Origin: a virus
Taxonomy: Duplodnaviria; Caudoviricetes
Virus record (IMG/VR): IMGVR_UViG_3300033066_001289
Coordinates: 55,911 to 119,910 of that record
Length of the DNA: 64,000 bases
Direction: 5' to 3' (one strand)
The notes beneath the pieces are model-generated. The model saw nothing but the letters and a program-made list of their open reading frames with translations, searched no databases and had not been told where the DNA came from. Shown here in pieces: positions 1 to 14,374 of this stretch (its first letter is position 1; the number at the start of each line of letters is the position of its first letter). Position numbers and translations under genes: made by a program.

Positions 1-1063
1 TTTTTAAAGTAAAAGCATAATAATTTCCAGCTTTTATAACATTATTTGATGCAACATTTGTATTGCTTAATATAAAGTCGACTGGTTGAGGTGTACCATC
101 TAATATTGTTCCAATCGCTTCTAATGTAGAATAACTAAAACTCAATTGAGCCAATGGTATATTTTGTGGATCAAAATCTATAGCAAGGTTATTTGCTATA
201 TCTGTTGGACAATTTAATGAAGTTTGTAATGGATAAATGCTAAATACTAAATCTCCTGTCCATTGTAAATCATCTTCATCTCCAGGAACATTATTAGCTA
301 CAGATAGTAATAATGTTACTTTTTGAATATTATTTGTAGATGCTTTGAATTTTTGTCCTACTTGTGTACTTACATCATCTACTTCTAATAACTTATTTTC
401 TTTTTCATCTGTTAATATATTTAAGTCTTCTATATTATATAATGGTAAACATGATTTTAGAAAGTTTTCTAAAGTCATACTTACTGCATTATAAAAGTCT
501 CTAAAAAATAAATTTGGCTCTATATCTTGAGCTACCATTATAGTATCTCTTGATAAAGACATTGGATTAGCTTCTTTTATAGTAAACTTGCCACCTAAAT
601 TAAATGATTGTGTACTGGTGCCTCTAATATCATTAAATAAAATTGTTAATATTCTAGTAAAATGTTTTTTACCAATTTGTTTTTCATTTGTTTTAAATAC
701 AAATGTTTCATAAATTAAAGCACTATTAAAATCTAATCCTATAACACAAACTTTAACATTTCTTTTGCCAGCAGCTTCTGAATGCGATAGTTCTAATTCT
801 AATTGGTTTCCAAAATTAGTATCAGAAGGTTGAGCTTGTGACTGAATATTTAAACCATCTAATAATCCAGTCTCTTCTTCTGAATCAAATAATACATTTT
901 GATTTAATGCAGATATTACTACTCCAGAACCAAAATGATTATTTATAATAGATGCTTGTATAGTATTATTAAAATCTTGTTCTAATGTTAAATTAGCATC
1001 ATCAACTTGTTCTGAGTCGAACCAACTATTTTGTTTTACTGAAACTGGGCTTCTTTTTGTCAT
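1..1063 (-). CDS. Virion structural protein (baseplate/tail-associated), truncated at the window edge
   Basis: ATG at 1063 (MTKRSPVSVKQNSWFDSEQVDD...), open to position 1. Directly downstream of the baseplate wedge genes. Not in the ORF track because it runs off the window. Confidence 0.7.
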   Translation of the reverse strand, partial: MTKRSPVSVKQNSWFDSEQVDDANLTLEQDFNNTIQASIINNHFGSGVVISALNQNVLFDSEEETGLLDGLNIQSQAQPSDTNFGNQLELELSHSEAAGKRNVKVCVIGLDFNSALIYETFVFKTNEKQIGKKHFTRILTILFNDIRGTSTQSFNLGGKFTIKEANPMSLSRDTIMVAQDIEPNLFFRDFYNAVSMTLENFLKSCLPLYNIEDLNILTDEKENKLLEVDDVSTQVGQKFKASTNNIQKVTLLLSVANNVPGDEDDLQWTGDLVFSIYPLQTSLNCPTDIANNLAIDFDPQNIPLAQLSFSYSTLEAIGTILDGTPQPVDFILSNTNVASNNVIKAGNYYAFTLK

Positions 1064-1094
1064 TTGTTATCCATTATAATATCAATATATTGGT

Positions 1095-4000
1095 TCATTT
1101 TAAGTAGTCTATAAAAACTCTAGAATTGGCTGGCTTTAATGTTTTAATCAATTTTTCTAATATTTGCTTAACTCTTTCACTTCCTGAAACAATATCAAAA
1201 CTATCAATTATATTAACCTCAAAATCAAATAATCCATTGTTCTTATTCTTTAATACTACAAAATCCTCATTTAAACGTCTATCTAAGTCTGACTCTAACA
1301 AATATGTAGTGTACAAATCGCTAGTCACTGGATATATAACGCTCAAATTGCTATTATAATTTATATCAATAGGCTCTCCATATGGCTTATAAATTGGTCT
1401 ACTAATATTACTTATTCTTACATTATCTATTAATCCAAATATTGTTTGTTTTTCATTAAAATCTCCACCAATATAGAATTGATTAAAATTATCTTTTAAA
1501 GTAATATTTGTTAATAATCCATAGCCATCTCCTGGATATGCTGCACCATATACTGCTGGTCCACCATATAATTGACTACCATAAGTTAAATTGCCATAAT
1601 GATATCCATCTATAAATAGATGCATTTCATCTCTACCTCTTCCATTATTAACTTTATAACTTGCCTTAATTCTATGCCAAGTAGACTTTGCCCAATGTAT
1701 AGGCGCCTTTAAATAATGGTCATTTATATAAAAATTCAAATATCCAAACTGGTCTTTAAATATAGATATTCTATCTCCTACAGCTTTGTTTGGCAAATAA
1801 GTCACAGAAACGGGAGTGTTCTTATATGGTAGTTTTCTATTTAATCTTATAATTTGTGTATTAGATTTATTTACTTTACCATTAAATGGCTTATATACTA
1901 TTACTAATGCTAAACTACTTTGTGGTAAAAGTCTGCCTAAATATATTGTAACACCATCTGCAGATATAGTTCCGATTATTGAAATAATCAGTATTCGTAT
2001 AATCTCCTACTATTTTAACGCTTATAACTTGGAATATCTTTCTACTTAAAGTTACAGTAGAATTATTAGTACTAGTTGCTGTCTCTGATATTGCATCAAT
2101 AGAATCTAATTCTAATAATCCTCCATCAAAATAATTTAAATCAGATCCTTTAACTTTAATGCTCAATATTCTACTAGCACTAGAATTAACTTTAATCTTA
2201 TTATAATCTAGGCTAGTTGTTTCTTCAGTTATTGCAGAATAACCATCAAAGTAATATCTAGTATTTGGATCATTATAAGTGTCATAATATGGACTTGTCC
2301 AAAATTCTATAGTACCTTCTTTTTTAGTATCTAAAATTCCTAAATTGTCAACTAATAATGGTTTTTCTGTTATACTTAAGCTTGATCCAAAATTATCATT
2401 TATTGAATAGTTTGATTGTACATATTGTTTATTTGTATAATTTAAATAATAATCTGCAGAATTAACAAATGGATATTCTTCAAAATGATATAACATTAAT
2501 GTATTTTCATCTTTTTTCAATTGTTTTAATGAATTAAAGTCTCTTGTAATAGTTCTTTGTGATCCTACTACAACCTCTCCCACACGAGTGTCGGTTAACA
2601 TAATATCATATGATTTAACTTCATCTAAAATACCATTAAACTGCTGATCTTTATTTATTGAACTCCCTATAAATCCATTATATTTAAATTTATCAAAATC
2701 TATATTTAAATATGTTTGATATTCAAATTCATAAAATCCTCTACTTAAATAATATGGAGTATTATATCCATCTAAATATTCAAAGAAAAAGAATCCATTT
2801 TGTAAACCACTTCTATATGTAGTTGTATTTAATATTTGATATGTTCCACCAGTAAATGGCGTCATATATCCATCTATTGTTAAAGTCAAATTATCATCAG
2901 ATATTCCTGTAATTAAATAATATCCTATATTTGATGGTCCTATTATTTGCAAATATCCATCTATATGTGATGCACTAAATGGAGTTATATCAGTAACAGT
3001 ATAACCACCAGTACTAGATAGAGAAATCCCTGATTTAGTTTGATATGTATATCTTATTACTGCCACATCTGAATTGTCTTCTGAAACAGTAATTGAATAT
3101 GCCTCTTTAATATTTACTGTTAAAAATGTTTTAGTTAAACTAACTGGTACACATTTTACTTGATAACCAGTTACATTTATAAATTTATTTGTTGTATTTT
3201 GTGTTTCATATGTTGAAAAATTTAATGTTTCTGAAGTTCCAATAGTACTATATGTATCACCATATATAATAACTTGAACTGGATTTGTAAAATCAATATT
3301 GGTTAATCCAGCTATTGTTACTGCTAAAGTTCTTCCAAAATCAGATTCTATTACATTATCACATGTTAAAGTAGTTGTTTGATAATATGGAGAGCTGAAC
3401 GTAGTATTACCTGAATTTATTAAAGTAGATTCTAATAATACTTTTTTAATTTGTACTTCATCTAAAGAAACTGGTGACTGTAATTGAGTTTTTAAAATAT
3501 ACTCATATCCATCACTCCATATATAATATTTGCCTTTTACTTTCTCATGATTTAAACCTAGAGTTCTAACTAATACTAATTCATTTTCTAATACATTATT
3601 TTTAATTGTTAATAATGTATTATAATATCCATCTTTTTCAATAGCATAATCTGGATGTAATGCCCTAACACCATTTAGTTCTATTTCTGTATTTTTATAA
3701 ATATAGAAATCCTGACCAGTTAAGTTTACATCTAATTCATCAGAAATTGTTAAATAATGACCATTAACTTCTAATATTGAATATGTTTTTTCTAAATTAA
3801 TATTATCAATTCTAATAATATCACCAGCCTCTATATCATTTGTGGTAAAATTAACTATTGGTGATTCTACTATATTAGATCCGCTAGTAGTTATTAAATC
3901 ATATCCGTCTAAATTAACTTCTAATTTACAAACATAAATATTTGAAAATACCTCTAATTCAGTTAATACTTCAAATTGAGTTTCATTTACTGAAAAATTA

Positions 4001-7000
4001 CCATTAGTTATTGTTAATGGCATATTATCTACCAATGTTAAGTTTTGTCCTGATACTCCAGATATAGTATAACCAAATTCACTAAATCCAGGCTCATTTA
4101 TAAAAATAGCATCTCCAGGATTAATATTGTATCCACTAAAATTAATAGCAGATGTAACTATATTAGAACCAATTGTAGTTACTAGATCTGAACTTCCAAT
4201 AATATCTTTAGTTGGTAATCCTATAATTTCTTCTGGATTTACTGTTCTAAATGGCTCATGTAAATAATTTGGTAAGTTTTGAGTATATTTAATTATATTT
4301 GGAACTTCGAAACCATCTATAAATAAATGTAATTCATCTTGATTATTTTTAGTATTAAGTTTCCAGCTTGTAGCTACATGATGTAATTCTCCATATAACC
4401 AACTAGACGCATCATAACTTATTGAATATGATTTTCCATTTTTATCTAAAACTTCAAAATTAATATATCCAGCTATATCTTTATAAATTGATATTCTATT
4501 CTTTAACTCTTCACCTACATCTAAAATATAATGATCTACATCAGATATGAATGTAACTAATTCATCTACTTGTCCCGTACCATTTAACTTTAATGTTAAT
4601 TTATTTGTTCCTGTTGTTGTTTTTATATTATCTGTTGATACATTATAAAAACTACCAGTTGATTCAATTAATACATTATATCCTAATGAATATCCATCTA
4701 AAGTTCCATTAACATATCCATCTATTATTTCAACATGCCATTTATTTGTAGTATATCCATCATTATCATAATAAATAAAAATGCCATCTTTATTTTTATT
4801 TGGTACTCCTGATACATTTGAATTTTTATTTAAGCTAAATTCATTTGATTCTGGATGATATTCTAAAGCTCCAATAAATACTGTATTTGATTCTACATCA
4901 TACCCATCTTTAGTAATAGTAAATGTTAATTCTGCATCATTATCAATACCATTCCAATATGGCATAACCCATGTTTCAAATGTTCCAGATTCTAATTTAA
5001 TATTTGAATTAGATTGAAACATCAATGATTGATTTGAAGAATTTACTAAAACTCCTTGACCATATTTGGCTGGTAATAATTCAAAACTTCCTTCAGCTTC
5101 TAATCCTCTTTGATTTAATAAAGAGCTACCTAAAGACCAATTTTGAAATATAGATTCTATAATTTCTGGTTCTATATGAGAAATTTTCTTTCCAATATTT
5201 TTAATAGCTGAAACAGTTGGTCCCTTAACAAATGAAGATAAACATGCATCTAATGCATCCCTATATCTTTCTCTATCTAACTCAGTATCAAATATTTTTA
5301 ATTCATCTATTCCTGTTAATTCTCCAAAATTATTTAATAATGAATCTCTTAATGCTCCAACCTTATATGAAACATAATATTCTTCTCCAGGAGATAATAC
5401 ATCAGTCTGTCTAAAATCAATTAGATTTTCTCCATATTCATATGAAACTAATAACTCATCTGCTAAATAAGAATAATCAATAAAGAAATCTCCTTTATTA
5501 TAATCTACCATTACTCTAGATAAATCATTCATTGTTACTGTTACAATAACATTTACATAATCATTTGATGCTGGTGAACCTGTTCCAGATAGAATTAATC
5601 TAACAGTATCTCCTGTTTCAATTGTTCCTGATCCATCCCATAATTGCTGAGAATCTGACACTCTAACTACACTAAAATTATATGTAATATTTGCAGAAAG
5701 ATAATTTATTGAAACTGGAACATCTACATAATAATCAGATCCATCAAAACCAACATTTGAAAATGATGTATTAGTATAACTACCTACTGTAATATCATAA
5801 TCTGAATATGTGCTAACACTTGCAAAATTAAATGGATTTGTTGAATTTAATAAATCTGTATATTCATATACCCCATTTATAGATTTAACTAAATTAGTTA
5901 CTCCAGAATTAAATGTAACACCTTCAAATACTCCTATTGATGTATTTGATATTGCATAAGGATAATTAGTATCTTCATCTAAATATAATTCATCATTATT
6001 ATCTAATCCACTTACTATAACTTCTCCATCATCAAAACTAGAATATGTAAATGATTTATTTTTATTATTTAAACTATTTATTTGATAATATATATTATCT
6101 ATATTTGTTATGTGTGGAAATGTAGGTACAATTGAATTATATTTATATGTAACCTCTCCTATTATATTAGATTGATTTGTAGAAACTGCTACATAAATAA
6201 CACCGTTGGTATAGTCTATATTATATTGTCCTACAGATTCTAGAATACTAATATTATTATACTCTGAATATTCTCTTACAAAATATCTTTCATTTACAAA
6301 TACATCTTGATCTGAAAAATTTATAAATGAATTCTTAAAACATCCAATACCATCTTCTGTTCCAGAAACTAAATTATTGTTATTTAAATTAATTTTAAAT
6401 ACTCTTAAAGAAGATGCATTGGTCAATGTAGAATTAATAAATAAAGTTTCATTAGTTATTGTATTAAAAGCTACTCTTTCTCTATTGGCTTGATCAATTT
6501 TTGGAGGAATATTATATTTAAAATAAATTTTATCATTATTCCATCTTGAAGTTGTATAGATTTCTCCAGTACTTTCATTATAAATTCTAAAAACATTAGT
6601 AATTGGCAAATTATCAACTTGTAATACATTTAAAGCCAATAATTTATTATTTACTCTTTCATTTAATGATTCTTTATGTAAATTGGCAACATAATCTACA
6701 TCTGGAATAAAAGCCTCTTCATAATCAAAGTTAACTTTACCAGATTGATCTAATAAATTACCATGTGGTAATGCTACTAAATCAGAAGCGCTTGAATCAT
6801 ATACATAATCTATTTCATTTGTATATATAAATCTATAAGTATAACTAACTAATGGAGGAGTTGGTCCAGTACCATCATTTTCAAAATCAGCACCATATAC
6901 ATAAACCGTTCCTGTAGCATAATCTATAGAATATTGTCCTGCTGAATTTGGTAATCCATTCAATCTAAATGGTAATTCTTGTAAAAAGGCTGGATGACTT

Positions 7001-8163
7001 GTAGAGTTATCATTTGGATTAATAAAACTTAATCCTCCGCTTTCATATACTTCATTATTTGAATCTACTATTGGTGCATGTTTTAAATTAAAAATATTAA
7101 TAATTGGTGGTAATACTTCTCTAGTAGCATTACTAATATCATAAACTTCTACACTAGTAGGATCTACAACTACACTTAAATCTTTATATTCATATTCAAC
7201 TGTTGCTGATGTAACATTATCTAAACTAAATAATGGATCATCTAATATTAATTGACTAATTTTAATTTGATTTTCTTCTAATTGTGCATATTTAAATGCA
7301 TAATCTTGATCATATCTATTTTCAACTATTTGATATCCATAAGTAGTAATATCATAAGTATAAGTTGGATTGGCTGTAGACTGTGTAAATATTAGAGAAT
7401 TTAATTTAATTACTGGAGATTTTGATACAGTAATTATAAATTCATCTATATTAAAGCCATTTTCAATATCTGTAGTATTTATGGTTAAAGCTTTACTAAT
7501 CGTTTTTCTCTGTAAAGTAACTGGAGAGCTTGGAAATTCAGCATAAGTAAAAGTATTATTTACTTGTGCATTTGTTTGAGTTCTACCAACTCTAATTATT
7601 TCATAAGCAGATTCTTCATTTAACCTATCTGATGTTCCATATCCTCTACTTTTTTGCTCATCTATAATATCAACATTTAAATAGTTTTCATTCTTTAATT
7701 GTTTAATATCATATAATCCCTTAGCTAAATGAATAGATAATATATTTAAGTATTTATTTACAAAAGTTTGATCATCCTGATAATTATAAATGCTTCCATT
7801 TAAAAAATTAAATAGATATTCTTTCATTATATTATCTGGATTAACAGGACCAATTACTAAATATTTATTCGCAACTCCATCTTCTAATAATTTGGCAGTT
7901 CCATGAAATGAAATAAATGGATTATCTGTAGTAGATTGAAATTGTACATAATACGTTGCATACTGTCCTAATGGTTGACAGTTAATTTTTATAGTATTAC
8001 CACTTACTTTAATTGATAATACTTCTGAATCTACTATACTCGGAGTATCTGATAATATAGATACATTTTGAGTCGATAAATCTTTATATAAAATATCAGT
8101 AAATGTTACTGATATAGTAGAACTATCTACTACTGTTACTGATTGTATACGTAAATTTTGCAT
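1095..8163 (-). CDS. Giant baseplate wedge-type protein with LamG-like domains (~2355 aa after one CGGN skip at 1974)
   Basis: ORFs 1915..8163 and 1095..1805 join via AAT-C-GGA (DYFNN-G-TISADGV). LamG-like motifs (GTFETWVMP, LHLFIDG, GILDEV, GLIDNVRISN). C-terminal LKPANSRVFIDY resembles wedge gpI/gp7 ends. Follows the baseplate J-like gene. Confidence 0.7.
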
Positions 8164-8164
8164 A

Positions 8165-11100
8165 TTATCTGGTCTCTACATTTATAACTATATTATTTGA
8201 TACAAAGTTTTGATTCTTTTGTGCCACTATTGTATTTAATGTGCCTTGTTCTCCATTTTTATTAAAATATAATACTCTAACTCTATCTATTCCAGAAATA
8301 CCACTAGCTGCATTTGTAATTGTCACTAAATCTATTGTTGATCCAAGTTTATTTGTATTCATTATAGAAATTAATGTATCTCTTAAATTCTGTAATATAG
8401 TAGCTTTACTATTTATATTTTCTTGTTTAATTACTATATTCATTGTTAAATCCAACAATATACTTTCAGAAGCTTTAGCTAATACATCCGCATTAATTGG
8501 TCTGTTTTCTTCTATGCTAAATGTTACATCTCCAATTAATTTATTATAATTATACTTAATTGATATTCTTTCATTTTGTTTTGGCGCCTTGTAATCATAA
8601 ATTGCCCTATATCTAGCACCTAAACTTGGTTGAGTAAATGAATTAACTAATACTGTAGTTGATTGACTTGCTTTAAATCCACTAGATACATATATCTTAT
8701 TTATAAAAGTATATAATTTATTTGTATATAAAATTGCACTTCTTGTAAAATATAGATTTTCTATATTGTTTTCTGTAATATAATAAAATGTTATTCTTAA
8801 TTTATCACCTATACTTGGTAAAAATTGATTATCAGTATCGTCTGTTGTATTAATAATACTACTTGGTAATACAAAATCAGTATTGCTAATTTCAGAATTA
8901 TAAATTGTATCTGCTGGATAATATAGGTTATTTTTTAATTCTAAATTACCTAAATCATACTCTACGATAGTAGATAATACTTCATCACTACCATCTGTAG
9001 TTGTAGTTACTTTTTCTAATTTGGCTATTTTTACTAATTTAACATTTGGTAATGCTTGAGCGCTTGTTAAATTTAATACTTTTCTTAATGCTTCTGATAC
9101 ATTCTGCTTTAACCCATTATTTGTAGCGGTAAAAATAATATCAGTACCTTTATCTATAGTTGTTCCTAATATACTAATAGTTCCAGGATTTATTGTTTGA
9201 TCTGAAGTTGTTACTATTAATTTTGTAAATGCCTCTCTTAATGGAGAATAATTAAATGTTAATACATTTACATATCCATCTTCTGTTAGGTTTACATTTG
9301 CTGGAATTATTAGTTTATTTTGATCCAAGTCTATTGTACAGCTACTAGTCCAATAATCTATCCCATCACTTAATTGATAAATAGAAACTTGATTTAAATC
9401 AAGATTATTATAAATATATCCTATTGTTAATGTATTATTTAATGAATCATATTCTATAATATCAAAAGTTCCAGTATTATAAATATTTGTTGGATTTGTT
9501 ATTTTAATTTTTTTATTTAAAATATCTGGCATTAATTGAAAATCATATGCACTTTCAAATATTGCCGTTAATCCATTTTCAGTTATAATTCCATCTGTTA
9601 AAGAAAGATATATATTATCTGAATATCCATCTACTATATCAAATGTCAACCCAGATTCATTTGTAAATTTACCTAAATCTACAAAAAATACATCATCTAT
9701 TGAATCATAATTTAAATTTTGTATATTACTATTTAAAACAGTATTGCTATAACTAAATGGCTGGAATCTTCTTATATCAGAAGCCTGATAAACTATAAAT
9801 ACTCTATCTCCAATTGCTGGAGTATTGAAATTATTTAAAATTATTTGATATGCAAATGTTGTTGGATTAAATGTTACTGATCCTATATTGTCAGAATTCC
9901 ATAATAATTTACCATCTGCTAATCTACTTATATTTACTATGCCTGATTCAACCAAATCATAATCAGTATTTAATATACTTAATTCTATATAGTATTGATT
10001 ACTTCCATTTTTTTGTACTACTTGATGTTCTTTTTTATAAGTATTTATTATTGTATTTCCAGTAAATCCGATTTGAATTATTAACAAAGCCGATTTCCTG
10101 ATCTACTAAATGGTAATAATGGTGTAGATGAAGATAATGTTTCTTGTACATTTGCTATGTAACTAACTAAACAATAAATATTATCATCTAATACTTCTAC
10201 ATTATCACTTGGAATTGTTATATCATTTCCATTTACTGTTCCAATATTTGTATCTACATTAAAAATATCTGCTGAATCTAATATAATTTCTGCAAAATCT
10301 TCATTTATAGCTACAGTATCACTTGGTAATACTATCATCAAATTATAATAAATTTCTATTCCTACTACTACTGGAGTTATTACAAATACTCCGATTATTA
10401 TCAGCAGTATTATATAGCTCTATATTTGTATTCTTTAATTTAACCGAATCCAAAGATTCTGGAGCTGTTCTTAAATTATTAAGATTAATTATATATCTAT
10501 TTGAATATAATCCAGTTGTTTGTAATAATATCTGACTAGTAAAAGATTTATAAAGATTTGCTGTTATAACAGTACTAACTGGATGACTAGCCGTTCCTAA
10601 ATAAAATGTATTTGATGCATCTAATGTAAATTGAATTTTTTCATTAGTTATTTGATTAGCATAGCCCCAATCTACTGAATCTGTTACTGTTCTTAAATTG
10701 TTAGTATTTTTCAAACCATCATAATCTGAATATTGATCATAAGAAACTACCCAATTATAATCTACTTGTAATATATCACTTGGTGTTGGTAATGTATTTC
10801 CTGATATCTGAATTCTTCCACTTAGATTTGTAGTGGTATTACCATCAATATTTTGATTTTTTACAACATATCTTTCTCCTGTATTAACATTAAATACTCT
10901 AGTTACTGCTGTAGCTGGATAATGTAATAATTGAATAATTGATCTGTCTGAATTATTTACAGTTGAATTTTCATTTAATATCTGTACGTTTTGTTGTATT
11001 TTAGAAATTTCAGTTACATCTGTAAATGATAATGTATCCTGTCCATTTAATTGACCCTTTAATCTATCTTCTTGAAAATCTGATACCCTATCTGATATCC

Positions 11101-12262
11101 ATGTAAATTTATCAAATCCCCATGGGCTTCCTGCATAAACTCCATCATCCTTTAATAATTGATAATTTCCAAATATTCTACCATATTGATCTACTGTTTT
11201 TTCAATAAAATTACTTCCTGATGATGATCCAGTTACTTGTAAAATATCATTAACTGGCTGCTCTGGTAATACGCCATTCTTAATATCATCTACTCTTTTT
11301 CTATTTATAGTTTTATTAGCATCTGCTGCAATTTGTCCTAATATTATATCATTTTTAGAACTAGTAGGATCATCTACATTACTCTTATCTTGATAAATAT
11401 AAGAATCAGTATTTTCAACTAAGTTATTACCTAAAACAATAACATCTACTTTACCACCAGTTCCCTCTGAAATAACTGTAATATTTCCAGAGGCATCAGT
11501 ACTAGTAATTGTTCCATCTCTAGTCATTAATGGATCTCCAGGCTGTATAACCTGTGCATCCAATACTCCTGTAGTACCTAAGGCAGTATTTAAATATCCT
11601 AATGCTGTACCAATACTAGAACCAGTAAATACTGATAAAACTCTATTTCTATATGCCGCATCCGTTTCTTGATCTGTTCCACCAGTAAATTGTAAAGGAT
11701 TAAAAACATTAGAAATTCCAGTAATTGTTGTTCTACTTAAAGAATATTTACCTATATTTCCAGCTAATCCTGTTGTACTGGCTATTACTGTAACCTCGAC
11801 TGCATATTCATCTGTAATTCCAAGAATACTTAAATCATTAGCATATTTATTTGCTATTGATCTATAATAATTGGCTGAATTTGAAGATATTGTTGAGCCA
11901 GTATTTAATTGATAACTAAAACCATTGGTTGCAATAACTAAATCTGATTGACTTAATTGTAATGGTGCTAAAATATCTTTAAATGTTAATACTGCTATAC
12001 CTGTAGCTGCTGTTGGAACTTTTCTTGTCATTCCAAAGTTTTTTGATAAATTATCTAAGTCTGCTCCTACTACTAATCTAAATGAATTTGTACTAGAAAC
12101 ACTTGCAATTTGATCATATAATAAGGATAATTGAGTAGCAGGCGGTTCTATTAATAAATCTCTTATCATAGAACCAACTTTAGTATCTGCATCTGGCTGT
12201 ACTAATTTAATATAGTCGATTAAACTACTTATAATTTCATTTGTGTTTCTTATTACAACCAT
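8165..12262 (-). CDS. Baseplate J/gp6-like wedge protein (~1364 aa; CGGN skips at 10393, 10092, 10070)
   Basis: N-terminal baseplate-J signature (GADLDNLSKNFGMTR...ATG...GNIG...FTGGTDQETDAAYRNR). Three ORF pieces fuse in frame after removing three C's. Confidence 0.85.
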
Positions 12263-12317
12263 AGCCTATCCATTCTAATTATATATAACAATAATATGCT
12301 TAATTATTAATGTTTTC

Positions 12318-12750
12318 TTAAATTGTAGATACAGTAAATCTAGTCGTAATTGGCTTCATTCCCTTGGTTAAAACCTTTATTAACACATTGAATAATCTTG
12401 GATCTGCTTCATTTCTATTTACAGATATCTCACTTATAGCAGCTAATTGTTCGTCTGCACTCATTCTTTGCTGCGATTTTACCTGCATATCTTGTAGTTT
12501 TTTTAAAGTCTCTAATGCTGTTTGTAATTGCATTTGACTTATATTTACAGTCTCATCATTGTTTAATGCTGATCCTACTGCAAATTTTGATAAAAATGAT
12601 CCATACCATGGATTTAATACGTTTGAGCCAACATCTGTTAAACAAATTTTTAAAATATCTTGAATTAATTTTTCACTATCTGTTACTTGTTGAATATCTC
12701 CGATTCCTAAAATCGAAGTCACCATTTATTATTCTTAAATCAAAAGACAT
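12318..12750 (-). CDS. Baseplate gp25/gpW-like protein (143 aa; CGGN skip at 12702)
   Basis: Repaired N-terminus MSFDLRIINGDFDFRN-G-DIQQVTDSEKLIQDILKICLT; NPWYGS motif; immediately upstream of the baseplate J-like gene. Confidence 0.8.
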
Positions 12751-12760
12751 ACTTTAATAT

Positions 12761-14374
12761 TTAGTAATTCCCATTATTCTTTTGTACATCATCATAAACT
12801 TTATCAATAATGTCGTAAAATCCTCTAACTGTTTTGGTAAACTCTGTTAAAGTCTCAACTATCCCAGGCTGACTATCAGATGTCTTAATTGCAGGATTCT
12901 TATTCATTCTTTCATAAGCTCTAGAATCTATAAATCCTAATAAATATTTCTTTTCTACTATATATAATGATCCCATTATTGCTATAATATCTATTAATCC
13001 TAATCCACTAAATTCTCCAGTTATTATTTCAATTTGTCTTAACGCATCATTTGCTATATCTAATTCTTTAGCTCTTTTATCTTTCAATTTATCAAAAGTA
13101 TCTTTTAAAGTATTTCCCATAGCATCTGAATTATCAGAATTAAATGTAGTCGTAAATGGTGGTAATGCAAACCCACCCTTATCTGGCTCTTTTGAAATGT
13201 CATGTGCTGGCATATTTAATGAATCTATTATAGATCTAACTTGAAAATTAAATAATGTAGTATCTGCTTTAGTCCTTAAATTATTAGGATCTTTTATAAA
13301 TAATCCCTGAGTCTTACATCCACCCTCTGGTCCTGTTACTGAAATTTCTGGTACATAATAATACTCAGATTGAATTTTACTCACTTTAAATTGTAAATTA
13401 ACTAATTCAGATGTTAATGCTATTAACATATCTAAAAACTTTAAAAACTGTAATTGTTCTGTAAATTTATAAATATCTCCAGAAAATACCTGCTTTAATA
13501 AAGTTTCATCTTTAATAGAATCTAATTGCTTAACTCTATCTATTAATTCTTTATCAGAATCTCCTAATTTATCTATTTGATTCTCTTTATTAAATCTTTC
13601 TAAAATAACTTTCTCAATCAATGGTCTTTGTAATGTAACTCCCTGAGTTAATTTTAATTGAGAAGCATCATCAACAAATGGTACTGCTATCCTATTAACT
13701 CCAGGGGTAGTTAAATCTATTCTTCCATCTACTATAAATGGCATTAATATATGAAACCTTTTAAAACTAATCTTACTAGTATCTACATTGGTCCCACTGG
13801 CATTGGTATATTCAGTATAATCAATATCTCCCTTTAAATCTATATTATATCCCTGAAAATTATAATCCATATTTAATGGATCCTCTATATCTTGTATAGT
13901 TATATTTAATCTTCTCGAATTACAAGTACTAGATAGTGCTAATACACTAGATTCTATATTTTGTTTAGAAAATATAGGTAATATTTCTTCTGATAAATAT
14001 GTTTCTCTTCTTTGAGATAATGTCTTAAATCCTACTACAGGATTATTGGTTATTTTAATTTTATTATTTACTTGATCTTTAACGTCTCCAGAAATAACAA
14101 TATCATGCCCAGGACTATAGATTTCAAAATCATTACTAACTACTGGAAATCCTATAATTCTATAAAAAGCATGACATCTACTTTCCTGTGGTTCTGATTC
14201 TATTTTTAGTTTAGCAGATACTTGAGCTAAGTTATTCTCTACAAACTTATTTACAGACTGTAAATTCTGTGGATTAAAAATATTAACATGACTTCTGTTC
14301 TTCTCTATACCAAGTATATAATCTTGATATAGTTTATTAATATCAGCTATGAATTTCTGAGAGTTCTTAGCCAT
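12761..14374 (-). CDS. Hypothetical virion-associated protein (537 aa)
   Basis: Intact ORF within the baseplate operon, overlapping the upstream stop; no recognisable motif. Confidence 0.6.
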   Translation of the reverse strand: MAKNSQKFIADINKLYQDYILGIEKNRSHVNIFNPQNLQSVNKFVENNLAQVSAKLKIESEPQESRCHAFYRIIGFPVVSNDFEIYSPGHDIVISGDVKDQVNNKIKITNNPVVGFKTLSQRRETYLSEEILPIFSKQNIESSVLALSSTCNSRRLNITIQDIEDPLNMDYNFQGYNIDLKGDIDYTEYTNASGTNVDTSKISFKRFHILMPFIVDGRIDLTTPGVNRIAVPFVDDASQLKLTQGVTLQRPLIEKVILERFNKENQIDKLGDSDKELIDRVKQLDSIKDETLLKQVFSGDIYKFTEQLQFLKFLDMLIALTSELVNLQFKVSKIQSEYYYVPEISVTGPEGGCKTQGLFIKDPNNLRTKADTTLFNFQVRSIIDSLNMPAHDISKEPDKGGFALPPFTTTFNSDNSDAMGNTLKDTFDKLKDKRAKELDIANDALRQIEIITGEFSGLGLIDIIAIMGSLYIVEKKYLLGFIDSRAYERMNKNPAIKTSDSQPGIVETLTEFTKTVRGFYDIIDKVYDDVQKNNGNY